NCBI GenBank assembly: GCA_963811605.1
Contig: CAWESA010000010.1
Span: forward strand, 1,165,066 to 1,229,065
Direction of reading: 5' to 3'
Source: an uncultured delta proteobacterium
GTDB lineage: Bacteria > Desulfobacterota > Binatia > DP-6
DNA length: 64,000 nucleotides
The translations under genes and the position numbers were made by a program. Shown here one piece after another: positions 41,151 through 50,288 of the stretch. Numbering within the stretch: position 1 is the stretch's first letter; each line of letters opens with the position of its first letter. The notes below the pieces were generated by a model, which ran no database searches, was not told where the DNA came from, and saw only the letters and a program-made list of their open reading frames with translations.

Positions 41151-42421
41151 GCAACGCGTCCGGAGGAAGCGCCGCCGTCGCCGCGGCGCGCCTGCTCGAG
41201 TGCGAGGACTGCGCGCTCCTGCACCGGGTGCGACCCATCGCCGAGGACTCGCGCGCGACGTGCGGCCGCTGCGGCGCGCTGCTGTTCGCCCACAAGCGCG
41301 ACGCGCTGCAACGCTCGACGGCGCTCTATCTGGCGGCGCTCATCCTGTGGGGGGTGGCCAACGGTCTCCCGTTCCTCACCTTCGAGCTCGAGGGTCGCAG
41401 GCAGCCGAGCCTGCTCATCTCGGGGCCGCTGAGCCTCTACCGCGACGGGCTGTGGGAGCTCGCGGCCATCGTCTTCCTCTTCGTCATCGCCTTTCCGCTG
41501 CTGCGGATCGTCACCAGCCTCTGCGTGCTCCTCCCGCTCCAGGCCGGGCGGCGACCGCGCTGGCTCGCGTCGCTGTTCCGCTTCGTCGACGCGATCCATC
41601 CGTGGGCGATGGTGGAGGTGTTCCTCCTCGGCGTGCTGGTCGCCTACTCGAAGCTGGTCGATCTCGCCACCATCGTCGTCGGACCGGCCCTCGTCGCCTT
41701 CGTGGGCCTGATGGTCGCGCTCGTGGCGGCGCGATCGGCGCTCGACGTCGACGAGGTGTGGGAGCGCATCCAGCCGTCGCCGCCGGCGCCCCCTGCGGGC
41801 CCATCCGACCCGCTCCTGATCGGGTGCCACGGCTGTCACCGGGTCTGCCGGGTTCCCGCCCCGCCGGCGACCGGCACCCCGCGGTGCCCGCGCTGTGGAA
41901 CGCGGCTGCATCGCCGCAAGCCGAACAGCCTGAGCCGGTCGTGGGCGCTGGTGCTCGCCGCGCTGATCCTCTACGTGCCGGCCAATGTCTACCCCGTCAT
42001 GACGTTCGTCTCGTTCGGGCGCGGCGCCCCCTCCACGATCCTGGGCGGCGTGAGCGAGCTCGTCGAGGCCGGCATGTGGCCGCTCGCCGCCGTCGTCTTC
42101 CTCGCCAGCATCACCGTGCCGGTCCTGAAGCTCATCGGCCTCTCCGTGCTCCTCATCTCGGTCCGGCGGCGGTCGCACTCGCAGACGCGCCAGCGGACCA
42201 TGCTCTACCGCATCGTCGAGGGCGTCGGCCGCTGGTCGATGATCGACATCTTCACGCTCGCGATCCTCGCCGCCCTCGTCCAGCTCGGCTCCCTCGCCAC
42301 CATCCAGCCTGGCCCCGGCGCGATCGCGTTCTGCGCCGTCGTGGTCCTCACCATGTTCGCCGCCATGGCCTTCGACCCGCGTCTGCTGTGGGACGCGGCA
42401 GGAGCGAATCATGACCGATGA
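41147..42421 (+). CDS. pqiA: paraquat-inducible protein A (two-repeat PqiA)
   Basis: ATGA overlap with the channel gene. Two repeats each with a Cys4 zinc-ribbon (CEDCALL...CGRCG; CHGCHRV...CPRCG) followed by paired TM helices. Confidence 0.8.
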   Translation: MSNASGGSAAVAAARLLECEDCALLHRVRPIAEDSRATCGRCGALLFAHKRDALQRSTALYLAALILWGVANGLPFLTFELEGRRQPSLLISGPLSLYRDGLWELAAIVFLFVIAFPLLRIVTSLCVLLPLQAGRRPRWLASLFRFVDAIHPWAMVEVFLLGVLVAYSKLVDLATIVVGPALVAFVGLMVALVAARSALDVDEVWERIQPSPPAPPAGPSDPLLIGCHGCHRVCRVPAPPATGTPRCPRCGTRLHRRKPNSLSRSWALVLAALILYVPANVYPVMTFVSFGRGAPSTILGGVSELVEAGMWPLAAVVFLASITVPVLKLIGLSVLLISVRRRSHSQTRQRTMLYRIVEGVGRWSMIDIFTLAILAALVQLGSLATIQPGPGAIAFCAVVVLTMFAAMAFDPRLLWDAAGANHDR

Positions 42422-43994
42422 CATCTCCCATGTGGTCGTCGAGCGCCGACGCGGCCTCCCGCTCGTCTGGGTGATCCCGCTGCTCGCGGCGGCGATCGGC
42501 GCCTGGCTCGCCTACACGGCCTGGTCGCGCAAGGGTCCCACGATCACCCTCACCTTCGAGGCCGCGCAGGGCCTCCAGCCGGGCACCTCGCCGATCAAGT
42601 ACCGCGACGTGGAGATGGGCGTCGTCAAGACGGTCGACCTGAGCCCGGACCTCACGCACGTCGTGGTGACGGCGGAGATGAAGAAGAGCGCGACGGAGCA
42701 CCTGCGCGAGGGCACCCAGTTCTGGATCGAGAGCGTGCGCCTGAGCGCGTCGGGCGTCTCCGGTCTCGGCACCCTCCTCTCGGGCGTCTACATCGGCATG
42801 TCGCCAGGCGAGGGAAAGCCGACCCGGCGGTTCACCGGCCTCGAGCAGGCCCCCGTGCTGACGGTGAACCAGCCCGGGCGGAAGTTCCTCCTGCGGGCCG
42901 ACAGGCTCGGCTCCCTCTCCGCCGGCTCGCCGATCTACTTCCGGGGTATCCCGGCGGGCGAGGTCCTCGGCTACGACCTCGACCGCGACGGACAGGGCGT
43001 GAGCATCTACGCCTTCGTGCACGCGCCGTACGATGCGCTGGTGCGCGACCAGTCGCACTTCTGGAACGCCAGTGGCATCGACATGTCGGTCGGCACGAGC
43101 GGGCTCACCGTGCGGACCGAATCGCTGGCCGCCATCGTCGAGGGCGGCATCGCCTTCGACACGCCGGTCTCCGCCAGCACGGGCGAGCCGAGCAAGGACG
43201 GCGCCACGTTCGGTCTGTATCGCTCCTTCGAGAGCATCAAGGAGGCGCAGTTCACGACCAAGGTCCCCTTCCTCATCTACTTCGAGGGCACGGTCGGGGG
43301 CCTGTCCCCCGGCGCGCCGGTCAACTTCCGGGGCATCCAGATCGGCGAGGTGAAGGACGTGCGCCTGGAGATCGACGTGAACACCTACATGATTCGGCTG
43401 CCGGTGCTCATCGACATCGAGCCGCAGCGCATCAGCGTCGTCGGCTCGATGGTGCCGCTGGCGCATCAGGAGCACATGGCCAGATTCGTCGAGCAGGGCA
43501 TGCGGGCGCAGCTACGCTCGGGCAACCTTCTGACCGGCTCGCAGGTAGTGGCACTCGACTTCTTCCCGAAAGCGCCGGCCGAGCATCTGACCTACGCCGA
43601 CGGCTATGCCGTGATCCCGGCCGTTCCGTCGCAGACCGCGGAGCTGATGGACAAGGCCACCGCCTTCATCGACAACCTGTCGAAGGCGCCGATCGCGCAG
43701 CTCGTGACCGACCTGCGCGCCACCGTCGACAACGTGAACCGGCTCGTCGGCTCCGGCCCGGACAACGGCGTGGGACCGTTGCTGGACGGGGCACGCGCCA
43801 CGCTGGCGCAGGCCGACGCGACGCTCAAGTCGGCAGACGGGGTGATCGGCCCCGACTCGGCGCTGCGCTACGACATGGCCAACCTGTTCCAGGAGCTGAC
43901 CCGCATGTCACGCTCGCTGCGAACGCTCGCCGACTATCTCGAGAACAACCCCAACGCGCTCATCTTCGGCAAGGGAAAATCGGGAGAAAAATGA
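42411..43994 (+). CDS. pqiB: paraquat-inducible protein B (multi-MCE domain)
   Basis: N-terminal TM LPLVWVIPLLAAAIGAWLAY, then three MCE-like domains (ITLTFEAAQGLQPGTSPIKYRDVEMG...) and a C-terminal helical tail. Confidence 0.85.
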   Translation: MTDDISHVVVERRRGLPLVWVIPLLAAAIGAWLAYTAWSRKGPTITLTFEAAQGLQPGTSPIKYRDVEMGVVKTVDLSPDLTHVVVTAEMKKSATEHLREGTQFWIESVRLSASGVSGLGTLLSGVYIGMSPGEGKPTRRFTGLEQAPVLTVNQPGRKFLLRADRLGSLSAGSPIYFRGIPAGEVLGYDLDRDGQGVSIYAFVHAPYDALVRDQSHFWNASGIDMSVGTSGLTVRTESLAAIVEGGIAFDTPVSASTGEPSKDGATFGLYRSFESIKEAQFTTKVPFLIYFEGTVGGLSPGAPVNFRGIQIGEVKDVRLEIDVNTYMIRLPVLIDIEPQRISVVGSMVPLAHQEHMARFVEQGMRAQLRSGNLLTGSQVVALDFFPKAPAEHLTYADGYAVIPAVPSQTAELMDKATAFIDNLSKAPIAQLVTDLRATVDNVNRLVGSGPDNGVGPLLDGARATLAQADATLKSADGVIGPDSALRYDMANLFQELTRMSRSLRTLADYLENNPNALIFGKGKSGEK

Positions 43995-44605
43995 TGCGTT
44001 GCCTGCGCCTCCTCTGCGTGCTCCTGGCCACCTCCATCCTCGGCCACGGCTGCTTCGGCTCGGCCGTCACCAGGTACTACATGCTGTCGAGCGTCGCGCC
44101 CGCGACCGCCACGTCGGTCGAGACGAGCCCCGCGTCGCGCGTGATCGCCGTGGGTCCCGTCTCGATCCCGGACTACGTGGACCGCCCGCAGATCGTCGTG
44201 CGCGAGGGCGCCAACCAGGTGCGGCTCGCCGGCTTCCACAACTGGGCCGGCTCGCTCTCGGACATGGTCGGCCGCGTGCTCCTGGAGGATCTGAGCGCGC
44301 AGATGCCCGACGACCACGTCCTCCCGTTCCCGCAGGGCGGCGCGTCCGTCTTCGACTACCGCGTGGCGGTGCAGCTCAGCCAGTTCGACGTCAGCAGCGC
44401 AGGCGAGGCCGTCGTCGGGGCGAGCTGGCGGGTGTGGGATCGGGCCGGGACGAAGACGCGCCTCACCGCGAGCACGACGACGCGAGCGGTGGCGACGGGC
44501 ACCGGCTACGAGGAGCGCGTGGCGGCCCTCAGCCAGGCGATCGCCGATCTCGCCGGGGACATCGCGCGCAGCCTGCAGCACCTGGACGCGGCGCCGCGGC
44601 ATTGA
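43991..44605 (+). CDS. pqiC: PqiC / ABC-type transport auxiliary lipoprotein (DUF330)
   Basis: ATGA overlap with pqiB. Lipoprotein N-terminus LATSILGHGC; YmbA/PqiC-like length and pattern (RYYML...IAVGPVSIPDYVDRPQIVV). Confidence 0.7.
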   Translation: MMRCLRLLCVLLATSILGHGCFGSAVTRYYMLSSVAPATATSVETSPASRVIAVGPVSIPDYVDRPQIVVREGANQVRLAGFHNWAGSLSDMVGRVLLEDLSAQMPDDHVLPFPQGGASVFDYRVAVQLSQFDVSSAGEAVVGASWRVWDRAGTKTRLTASTTTRAVATGTGYEERVAALSQAIADLAGDIARSLQHLDAAPRH

Positions 44606-44671
44606 ACGGCGTCACGCCGCCATCGGGGGAGCTGGTGGCCTCAGCGCCGTCGTCGGTGGTGAAGACGACGC

Positions 44672-45108
44672 CTACTGCTCGAACGCGAAGACGCGCTTCC
44701 AGTCGTTCTTCATGCTGATCAGCACCCACCCCTTCTTCTTCGCCTCGTCATAGAGCGCCTGGGTGAAGGTGCCGACCCTGGTGTCGGGCAGCCCCTGGGC
44801 CGGACCGTAGGCATACTCGCGCTCGCCGTCGTCGTGCAGCACCAGCATCTCGAGCCGCGCGCCGTCGCCCGCACCGGTGTACTCGAGCATCTGCGGGTCG
44901 CCGGTCGAGTTGCCCGACAGGCCACGGCCGTGGCCGGCTCCTGCGTCCCCGCCCGCGTGCCGACGACCTGCTCCGGCGGGATGCCGACGGGCTCGGATAG
45001 ACACGCACGAAATCCTGCCCGCCGCCGGTGACGATGTAGGTCCTGTAGCCGCTGGCACGCATGTACTCCACGAGGCCAGGGGATCGTGGTCGCCGGACCG
45101 GGTCTCAT
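44672..45108 (-). pseudogene. HAD-IB-like hydrolase remnant, 5'-truncated and frameshifted
   Basis: GAGAGGAG RBS + ATG at 45108. HAD-like segments sit in three different frames: LVEYMRASGYRTYIVTGGGQDFVRVY | SEPVGIPPEQVVGTRAG | AGDGARLEMLVL...WVLISMKNDWKRVFAFEQ. The motif-I/cap half is absent. Confidence 0.45.
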
Positions 45109-45231
45109 GACGCGCTCCTCTCAGTTCTCAAAAGCCGAGCAGCGTGCGGCGCTACGCGTCGCAGGCGATCCGTGGGCCTGGCGCCAGCGCGGGAGGCGCT
45201 CCCCGGCCCAGCCGAGCGCCGCGGGAGGTCA

Positions 45232-45825
45232 CTACTCCACCACGATGTGGGTCACGACGCGCTCGATGCCCGGGGTCTGCAGCGCCACCTGGCGCGCGAT
45301 CTCGACCTGACCCGGGTTCGTCGCCTCGCCCATGATGAACGCCGTGCCGTTCACGACCCGATGCTGGAAGCTCTGCGACGCGATCCCGTCGGCTGCGAGC
45401 AGGTTCACGCCGAGCTCCTTGTTGAGCGCGAAATCTCCGGCCGCGTCGCCGAGCCCGTCACCGGTGGCGACCTGGATGTCGTCGAACACCTCGTGGCCGG
45501 CCGCCACGTCGCGCACCAGCGACACCGCCCTGCGACGACTCGACCAGCGGGACACCACGCCGGTCAGCATGACGCGCCCGAGATAGACGTCGACGTCGAT
45601 GGCAGCCGCCAGCGACGGGGCGTCGGCGAGCAGCTGCTGCTCGATGCGCGTCTTCAGGTCGAGATCGGCCCCCTGCTGCTCCAGCGAGCGGTCGTCCACC
45701 ATGGCGCTCGCCGCGGTGGTGGCCGCCGTCGTGATCAGCATCTGCGGGCATCCCGTGCACCACGGAAGCGCGAGCGCTCCGACGATGATCGCTCCCCTCA
45801 GCGTTCCCCTCTGCATACCGTTCAT
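45232..45825 (-). CDS. BON-domain (OsmY-like) protein, two BON domains
   Basis: Signal/lipobox ALALPWCTGC; DLKTRIEQQLLADAPSLAAAIDVDVYLGRVMLTGVV and GQVEIARQVALQTPGIERVVTHIVV are BON repeats. Confidence 0.65.
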   Translation of the reverse strand: MNGMQRGTLRGAIIVGALALPWCTGCPQMLITTAATTAASAMVDDRSLEQQGADLDLKTRIEQQLLADAPSLAAAIDVDVYLGRVMLTGVVSRWSSRRRAVSLVRDVAAGHEVFDDIQVATGDGLGDAAGDFALNKELGVNLLAADGIASQSFQHRVVNGTAFIMGEATNPGQVEIARQVALQTPGIERVVTHIVVE

Positions 45826-46054
45826 CCTCTCGAGCTTTCGCCGTCACCGGCGCGTTGTCGACGACGGGGTGTACATTCGAACGCTCGCGCGATCTTGCCA
45901 TTGCGCGCCACGGCAGCTTGACGAGTCCGCTAGGCTCGTGAAATGGCACGGCCCGTGAGCGCTGCCATCCCGCTCGTGCGCGCCGCGGCGCTCCGCATCG
46001 TGGCCGGAATTCGTCGAGCACGCGGGCGTACCGGTCGGGCCGCTGCTCGAGCGC

Positions 46055-47092
46055 GTGAAGCTGTCGCCGCGGGCGATCGAGAAGCCGGAGACCCTCGTCC
46101 CGTTCGTCGCCGTCACCCGGCTGCTCGAGCACGCCGCGCGCGACCAGGGCATCGACGACCTCGGGATCAGGCTGCCCGCGACCGTGGCTCAGCTGGGAAC
46201 GTTCGGGCGGCTGATCAGCCAGTCGCTGACGCTGCGGGACGCGCTCGAGACCGCCTACCGCAGCTGGGGGGACTACAACTCGGGGGTACGCACCTGGCTC
46301 GGTCGACGGGGCGATCGGGTGCGCCTGCACCACCAGTTCCTGCACGGCGACGCGCGGGACTGGGGGCAGTACGCGGTCGCGGCGCTGATGACGTATGTGC
46401 GTTTTCTCGCTGCGGTGGCCGGCCCGCACTGGCGTCCGCTCGCCGTCGGGCTCCCGCTCCGTGGACTCCCGGGTCTCCGCGCCGTTCCACTCCTGGCCGA
46501 CGCGCGGATCGATTTCGGCCAGCCCTGGATGAGCGTGACGTTCGCGGCCGACGTGCTCGGCCGACCTCTTCCGCGATTCCCGGGAGGTCACACGTCGAGC
46601 CCGGACACCGCCTGGAATGGCTCCCGGCCTGCCGGCGACGTCGCCGGCGCCGTGGAGCAAATCGTCACCACGATGCTGGGCGACGGGCACCCCGACATCC
46701 GGCTGGTGGCCGAGGCCGTTGGCATGAGCCCCCGCACCCTGCAGCGCCGGCTACAGGGCGAGGGCCTCACCTTCGCCCGTGTCGTGGCGAAGGCGCGATT
46801 GGCCGAGGCGCGACGCTTGCTGGGCGACCCGGCACGCAAGGTCATCGACGTCGCGTTCGACCTCGGGTACTCGGACCACGCCCATTTCACCCGCGCCTTC
46901 GAGCGCTGGATGGGGATCCCGCCGCGCGAGTTCCGGCGCCGTGCGGTCGAGGGGGCGGGGCCGGCCGGACTCACGCGATGGCGACGGGCGCCGCACCGCC
47001 GGCCGCCGACTCGCGCCCACCACGGCGGAGCGCCAGCCGTACCCCGAGGGCGAGCCCGCGCCGGTCGCGGCGGTCGCAGCGCGCGACGATGA
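46055..47092 (+). CDS. AraC-family transcriptional regulator (N-terminus probably disrupted, see findings)
   Basis: C-terminal HTH_18: MSPRTLQRRLQGEGLTFARVVAKARLAEARRLL...LGYSDHAHFTRAFERWMGIPPREFRR. The N-domain continues upstream in another frame (45943 ATG). The 3' ~40 codons are antisense to the IS remnant. Confidence 0.6.
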   Translation: MKLSPRAIEKPETLVPFVAVTRLLEHAARDQGIDDLGIRLPATVAQLGTFGRLISQSLTLRDALETAYRSWGDYNSGVRTWLGRRGDRVRLHHQFLHGDARDWGQYAVAALMTYVRFLAAVAGPHWRPLAVGLPLRGLPGLRAVPLLADARIDFGQPWMSVTFAADVLGRPLPRFPGGHTSSPDTAWNGSRPAGDVAGAVEQIVTTMLGDGHPDIRLVAEAVGMSPRTLQRRLQGEGLTFARVVAKARLAEARRLLGDPARKVIDVAFDLGYSDHAHFTRAFERWMGIPPREFRRRAVEGAGPAGLTRWRRAPHRRPPTRAHHGGAPAVPRGRARAGRGGRSARR

Positions 47093-48400
47093 CCGCCCAC
47101 AGCCGCTGCAGGAGCTCGACCAAGCGGGTGAGCAGGTCCGCCCGCCCCTGCAGGCCCCGCGGCGTGCCCACGCCGAAGCGCGTCCGCATCAGCAGGCCCA
47201 AGTTGAGCCCGCTGACGTGCACCAAGAGCCGCTTGAGGATTTCTCATGCCGGCGCAGGTGCGTCCGCCGCATCGCCCCGGTCTCAAGCGCGTGCGCGAAG
47301 GGCCGTTCGAGCAACTCCCCACGCGACCGGAGCAGTGCCTTGCCACGGCGCCCGCGGATGCGACGGCGGTTGGCGTACACGGCGTCCCGTTCGGTCGCTT
47401 TGTCCGTCCAGTCGCGGCGCCCACGGTCGGGCTCCGCAATGTAGCTGCGGTGCCCCGCGGCGGTCAGCGCCACCAGCACCGCGTTGCTGTGGTACCCCTT
47501 GTCGGCCACGACGCCGCGAGGCGCGGGGCCAGGCGCGCGGCGGTCGCAGTGTCCGCCGCGGCCCCGCGGACCGTGGCGAGGTTCGCCGTGGTGGCGGCGA
47601 GCGTCGTCGGCAGCGTCGTCGTGTCGCCTGCGGCCCCGCCCGTGAGCGTGACCGCGAGCACCGCCCCCGTGTCGAGGTCGACGGCCTGCTCCTGCTTGGC
47701 GCCAAGTGCGTGCGCCCATCCTCATCTCGTGATCTGGGCGTCGGGCTCGTGCGGATTCACCCACTCCCCATTCGCACCCTTCTGCGCCGCCGCCGATCCA
47801 GCCGCGCCAGCTGGGCGCGCGTCGGCGTCTCGATGCCCGAGGCGTGCGCCAGCTCCGTCAGAAACGCCTCGTAGCTCTGGCCATCCTCGCGCCGCACGAT
47901 CGACCGCAACGCCGCGTTCGCCTCCAGCGTCGTCGCGTACACGCCGACGGTCTGCCCCTTGACCAGCCCCGCGGTCGCAGCACCCCCAGCACCCAGGTGA
48001 ACACTGCCCGTGGGTCTGGAGAGCGAGCCGCCGCCGCGTGCGCGACAGCGTGGAGTGGTGCGGCGGCGGCGTGTGCAGCGCCAGCCCGAGAAACCGCCGC
48101 AGGCTGAGGGAGTGCGCCACCCGCGACGCAATCTGGCGCTCGCTGTCGAGCTTTCGAAGTAGCGGAGCAGCAAGCAGCGGAAGTACATGCGCGGGGCCAC
48201 GCTCGGCCGGCCCTCGTAGGAGAGTAGAACGGCGCGCACCGCGCTTAGACGAAGGCGTAGAACCCCGCAGCGCGCAGCACCCGCTGCAGCGCTTAGTAGA
48301 ACGGGTGCGCGCCGACGGCGCAACTGCTGGTGTGTCACGAACAGTGGCGCTGCTCCGACCACGATCGAAATGCGGTCAGTTATAATAGGGGGGGAGGAGT
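46971..48400 (-). mobile_element. decayed IS5/IS1182-family insertion sequence (transposase in >=5 frame fragments)
   Basis: DUF772-type N-region SLSLRRFLGLALHTPPPHHSTLSRTRRRL. GLVKGQTVGVYATTLEANAALRSIVRRED..., QKGANGEWVNPHEPDAQITR, AVTLTGGAAGDTTTLPTTL, VVADKGYHSNAVLVALTAAGHRSYIAEPDRG and ...GAMRRTHLRRHEK | NLGLLMRTRFGVG lie in different frames. An AT-richer tract cagttataataggggggg sits at the right end. Boundaries are approximate. Confidence 0.6.
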
Positions 48401-48475
48401 GGATGGAAACTAGGCCCCCCGGGACCGCGGCGCGGAATGGCAAGACGTGGCTTCCCCGCCCCGGCATGATGGCTC

Positions 48476-49033
48476 GTGTCGTCCATGAACGACAGGGCTC
48501 ACGATCCGACGCCCCCGGGGGGGCCGTCTCGCCGCTGGGCCGTCCGGCGACGGCGCATGCCGTCGGGATCGGCGGCCGGGCGAACGCACGCCTCGAGATC
48601 GAACGGACCGGGGCGCATGGCACCGGCCGAGCTCGCTCCCTACGACGTCGACCACGTGCGACAGGTCGTGGCCGTGCTCCTCCTGCGGCGCAGTCCCGAC
48701 ATCCACCTGGTCGCCGACACCATGATGACGAGCCCGCGCACGCTGCAGCGCCGGCTCCGCCAGGCCGGTGTCACCTATGCGCATCTGATCGCGGAGGCCC
48801 GCCGCGCCTCGGCCGAGCGTCTGCTCGCCGATCCCGGCCGCTCGATCGCCGAGGTCGCCCGGAGGCTCGGCTACTCGGATCCCGCACACTTCTCGCGCGC
48901 GTTCCAGCGCTGGACGGGGGTCAGCCCGCGGGCGTTCCGCGCCGCGCAGCCCCATCCCGAATCGCCGATCATGGAAGCGGTGCGGCGGCCGGGTCGTCGC
49001 GCCCTCGGGAGACACGGCGCTACTTCCGCGTGA
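48476..49033 (+). pseudogene. AraC-family regulator fragment (HTH domain only, 5'-truncated at the IS)
   Basis: PYDVDHVRQVVAVLLLRRSPDIHLVADTMMTSPRTLQRRLRQAGVTYAHLIAEARRASAERLL...LGYSDPAHFSRAFQRWTGVSPRAFR parallels the C-terminal third of the upstream AraC. No ligand-binding domain precedes it. Confidence 0.5.
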
Positions 49034-50189
49034 CCACCAGCTCGGTGCGCCGGTTCTTCGCGCGCCCCTCCTCGCTGGCGTTCGATGCCACCGGACGTTC
49101 CTGGCCGAAGCCGAGCGCGTCGAGGCGCCCCCCCTCCACCCCGCCGGCGATCAGCGCGGCACGCACCGACTCCGCGCGCTCGAGCGAGAGACGCTGGTTG
49201 GCATCGGGATTGCCGACGTTGTCCGTGTGGCCCTCGAGACGGATCTCGGCGGTGGGAAACGCCTTCAGGATCGCCGCCAGGTCGTCGATGGTCGAGCGCG
49301 ACTCCGGCTCCAGCGTGCTGCTCCCGGACTCGAAGGCGAGTCCCTCGAACACGAAGGTGCGCGGCGCCGGAGCGGCGTGGTCGGCGAGATAGCGCGCCAG
49401 CTCGTGATTGAACGAGCCCTCGGGCACGTCGAGCGCGGCACCGTCCGGCAGCGCCAGCCGCGCCAGCCGCTTGTGCTCGGGGCGCGGAGGCGTGGGCTCC
49501 CGCCGCCACGGCGCCCACAGGAAGAGGCCCCACACGCCGACCAGCACGGGCAGGAGGACCGCGACGGTGCGCGCTGGCCACACCCGCCCCGGCTCGTCGA
49601 CCCGGCGGGCCGGAGCATCGATGACCCGCGGCCGCGCAGCCCGCAGAGCGGGCGCAGCGTCTCGCGCCAGGTTCCTCAGACCCGGGCTGAGCAATCGCTC
49701 GACGTCGCGCCGCTCGCCGGCCAGCATCCTGCCCAGCGCGTTGGCGGTCGTTGCGCCGGACTCGAGCTGGGCGGCGAGCGTGGACAGCACCAGGGGCACC
49801 CCGAGCTCCAGCAAGGTGGTCGCGGACGCAACCTGCACGCCTCCCGACGCCGCCAGCTCGCGAGCCACCGCGTCGGTCCGGTCTCCGAACAGATCCTGCA
49901 CCTGCGAGCGACCGCTCCGCAGCGCCGCCTGCGTCGTCGTGCCTCCGCCGAACAGCCGGCCCGGATCCGCCGGGACGCCATCGTCCGCCGCACGATCCAC
50001 CAGCCCGCCGAGCTGGCCGGCTCCATCCTCCGACGACGCCAGCGCCGCGAGGCGAGCGAGCACGACGGGGACCACGCGGATCGCGAGCGCGCGCTGGGTG
50101 TCGTCCGCGCTCTCGCCGACCAGGACGGCGGCACGCTGGATGACGCCGGGGGTGAGCAGGCCGGTGATGGACTTGAGCAGCTCCGCCAT
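49020..50189 (-). CDS. DUF937 + OmpA-C (peptidoglycan-binding) domain membrane protein
   Basis: N-terminus MAELLKSITGLLTPGVIQRAA... (DUF937-like), central TM VAVLLPVLVGVWGLFLW, C-terminal OmpA motif FESGSSTLEP...LEGHTDNVGNPDANQRLSLERA...NRRTELV. Confidence 0.7.
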   Translation of the reverse strand: MAELLKSITGLLTPGVIQRAAVLVGESADDTQRALAIRVVPVVLARLAALASSEDGAGQLGGLVDRAADDGVPADPGRLFGGGTTTQAALRSGRSQVQDLFGDRTDAVARELAASGGVQVASATTLLELGVPLVLSTLAAQLESGATTANALGRMLAGERRDVERLLSPGLRNLARDAAPALRAARPRVIDAPARRVDEPGRVWPARTVAVLLPVLVGVWGLFLWAPWRREPTPPRPEHKRLARLALPDGAALDVPEGSFNHELARYLADHAAPAPRTFVFEGLAFESGSSTLEPESRSTIDDLAAILKAFPTAEIRLEGHTDNVGNPDANQRLSLERAESVRAALIAGGVEGGRLDALGFGQERPVASNASEEGRAKNRRTELVVTRK

Positions 50190-50288
50190 GGGATCGATCC
50201 GGCCATCACCTTGACGGCTGCGTGACGGGCGCGCAATCCGCCGCCGGCGGACTGCCGTCTGGCATTCGCTCTACCAAGCGGGGTATCG

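Noticed and set aside
47246-47962. 238-aa plus-strand ORF and neighbouring ORFs inside the IS region
   Set aside because: Antisense to recognisable transposase fragments, with Pro/Ala/Arg-rich composition.
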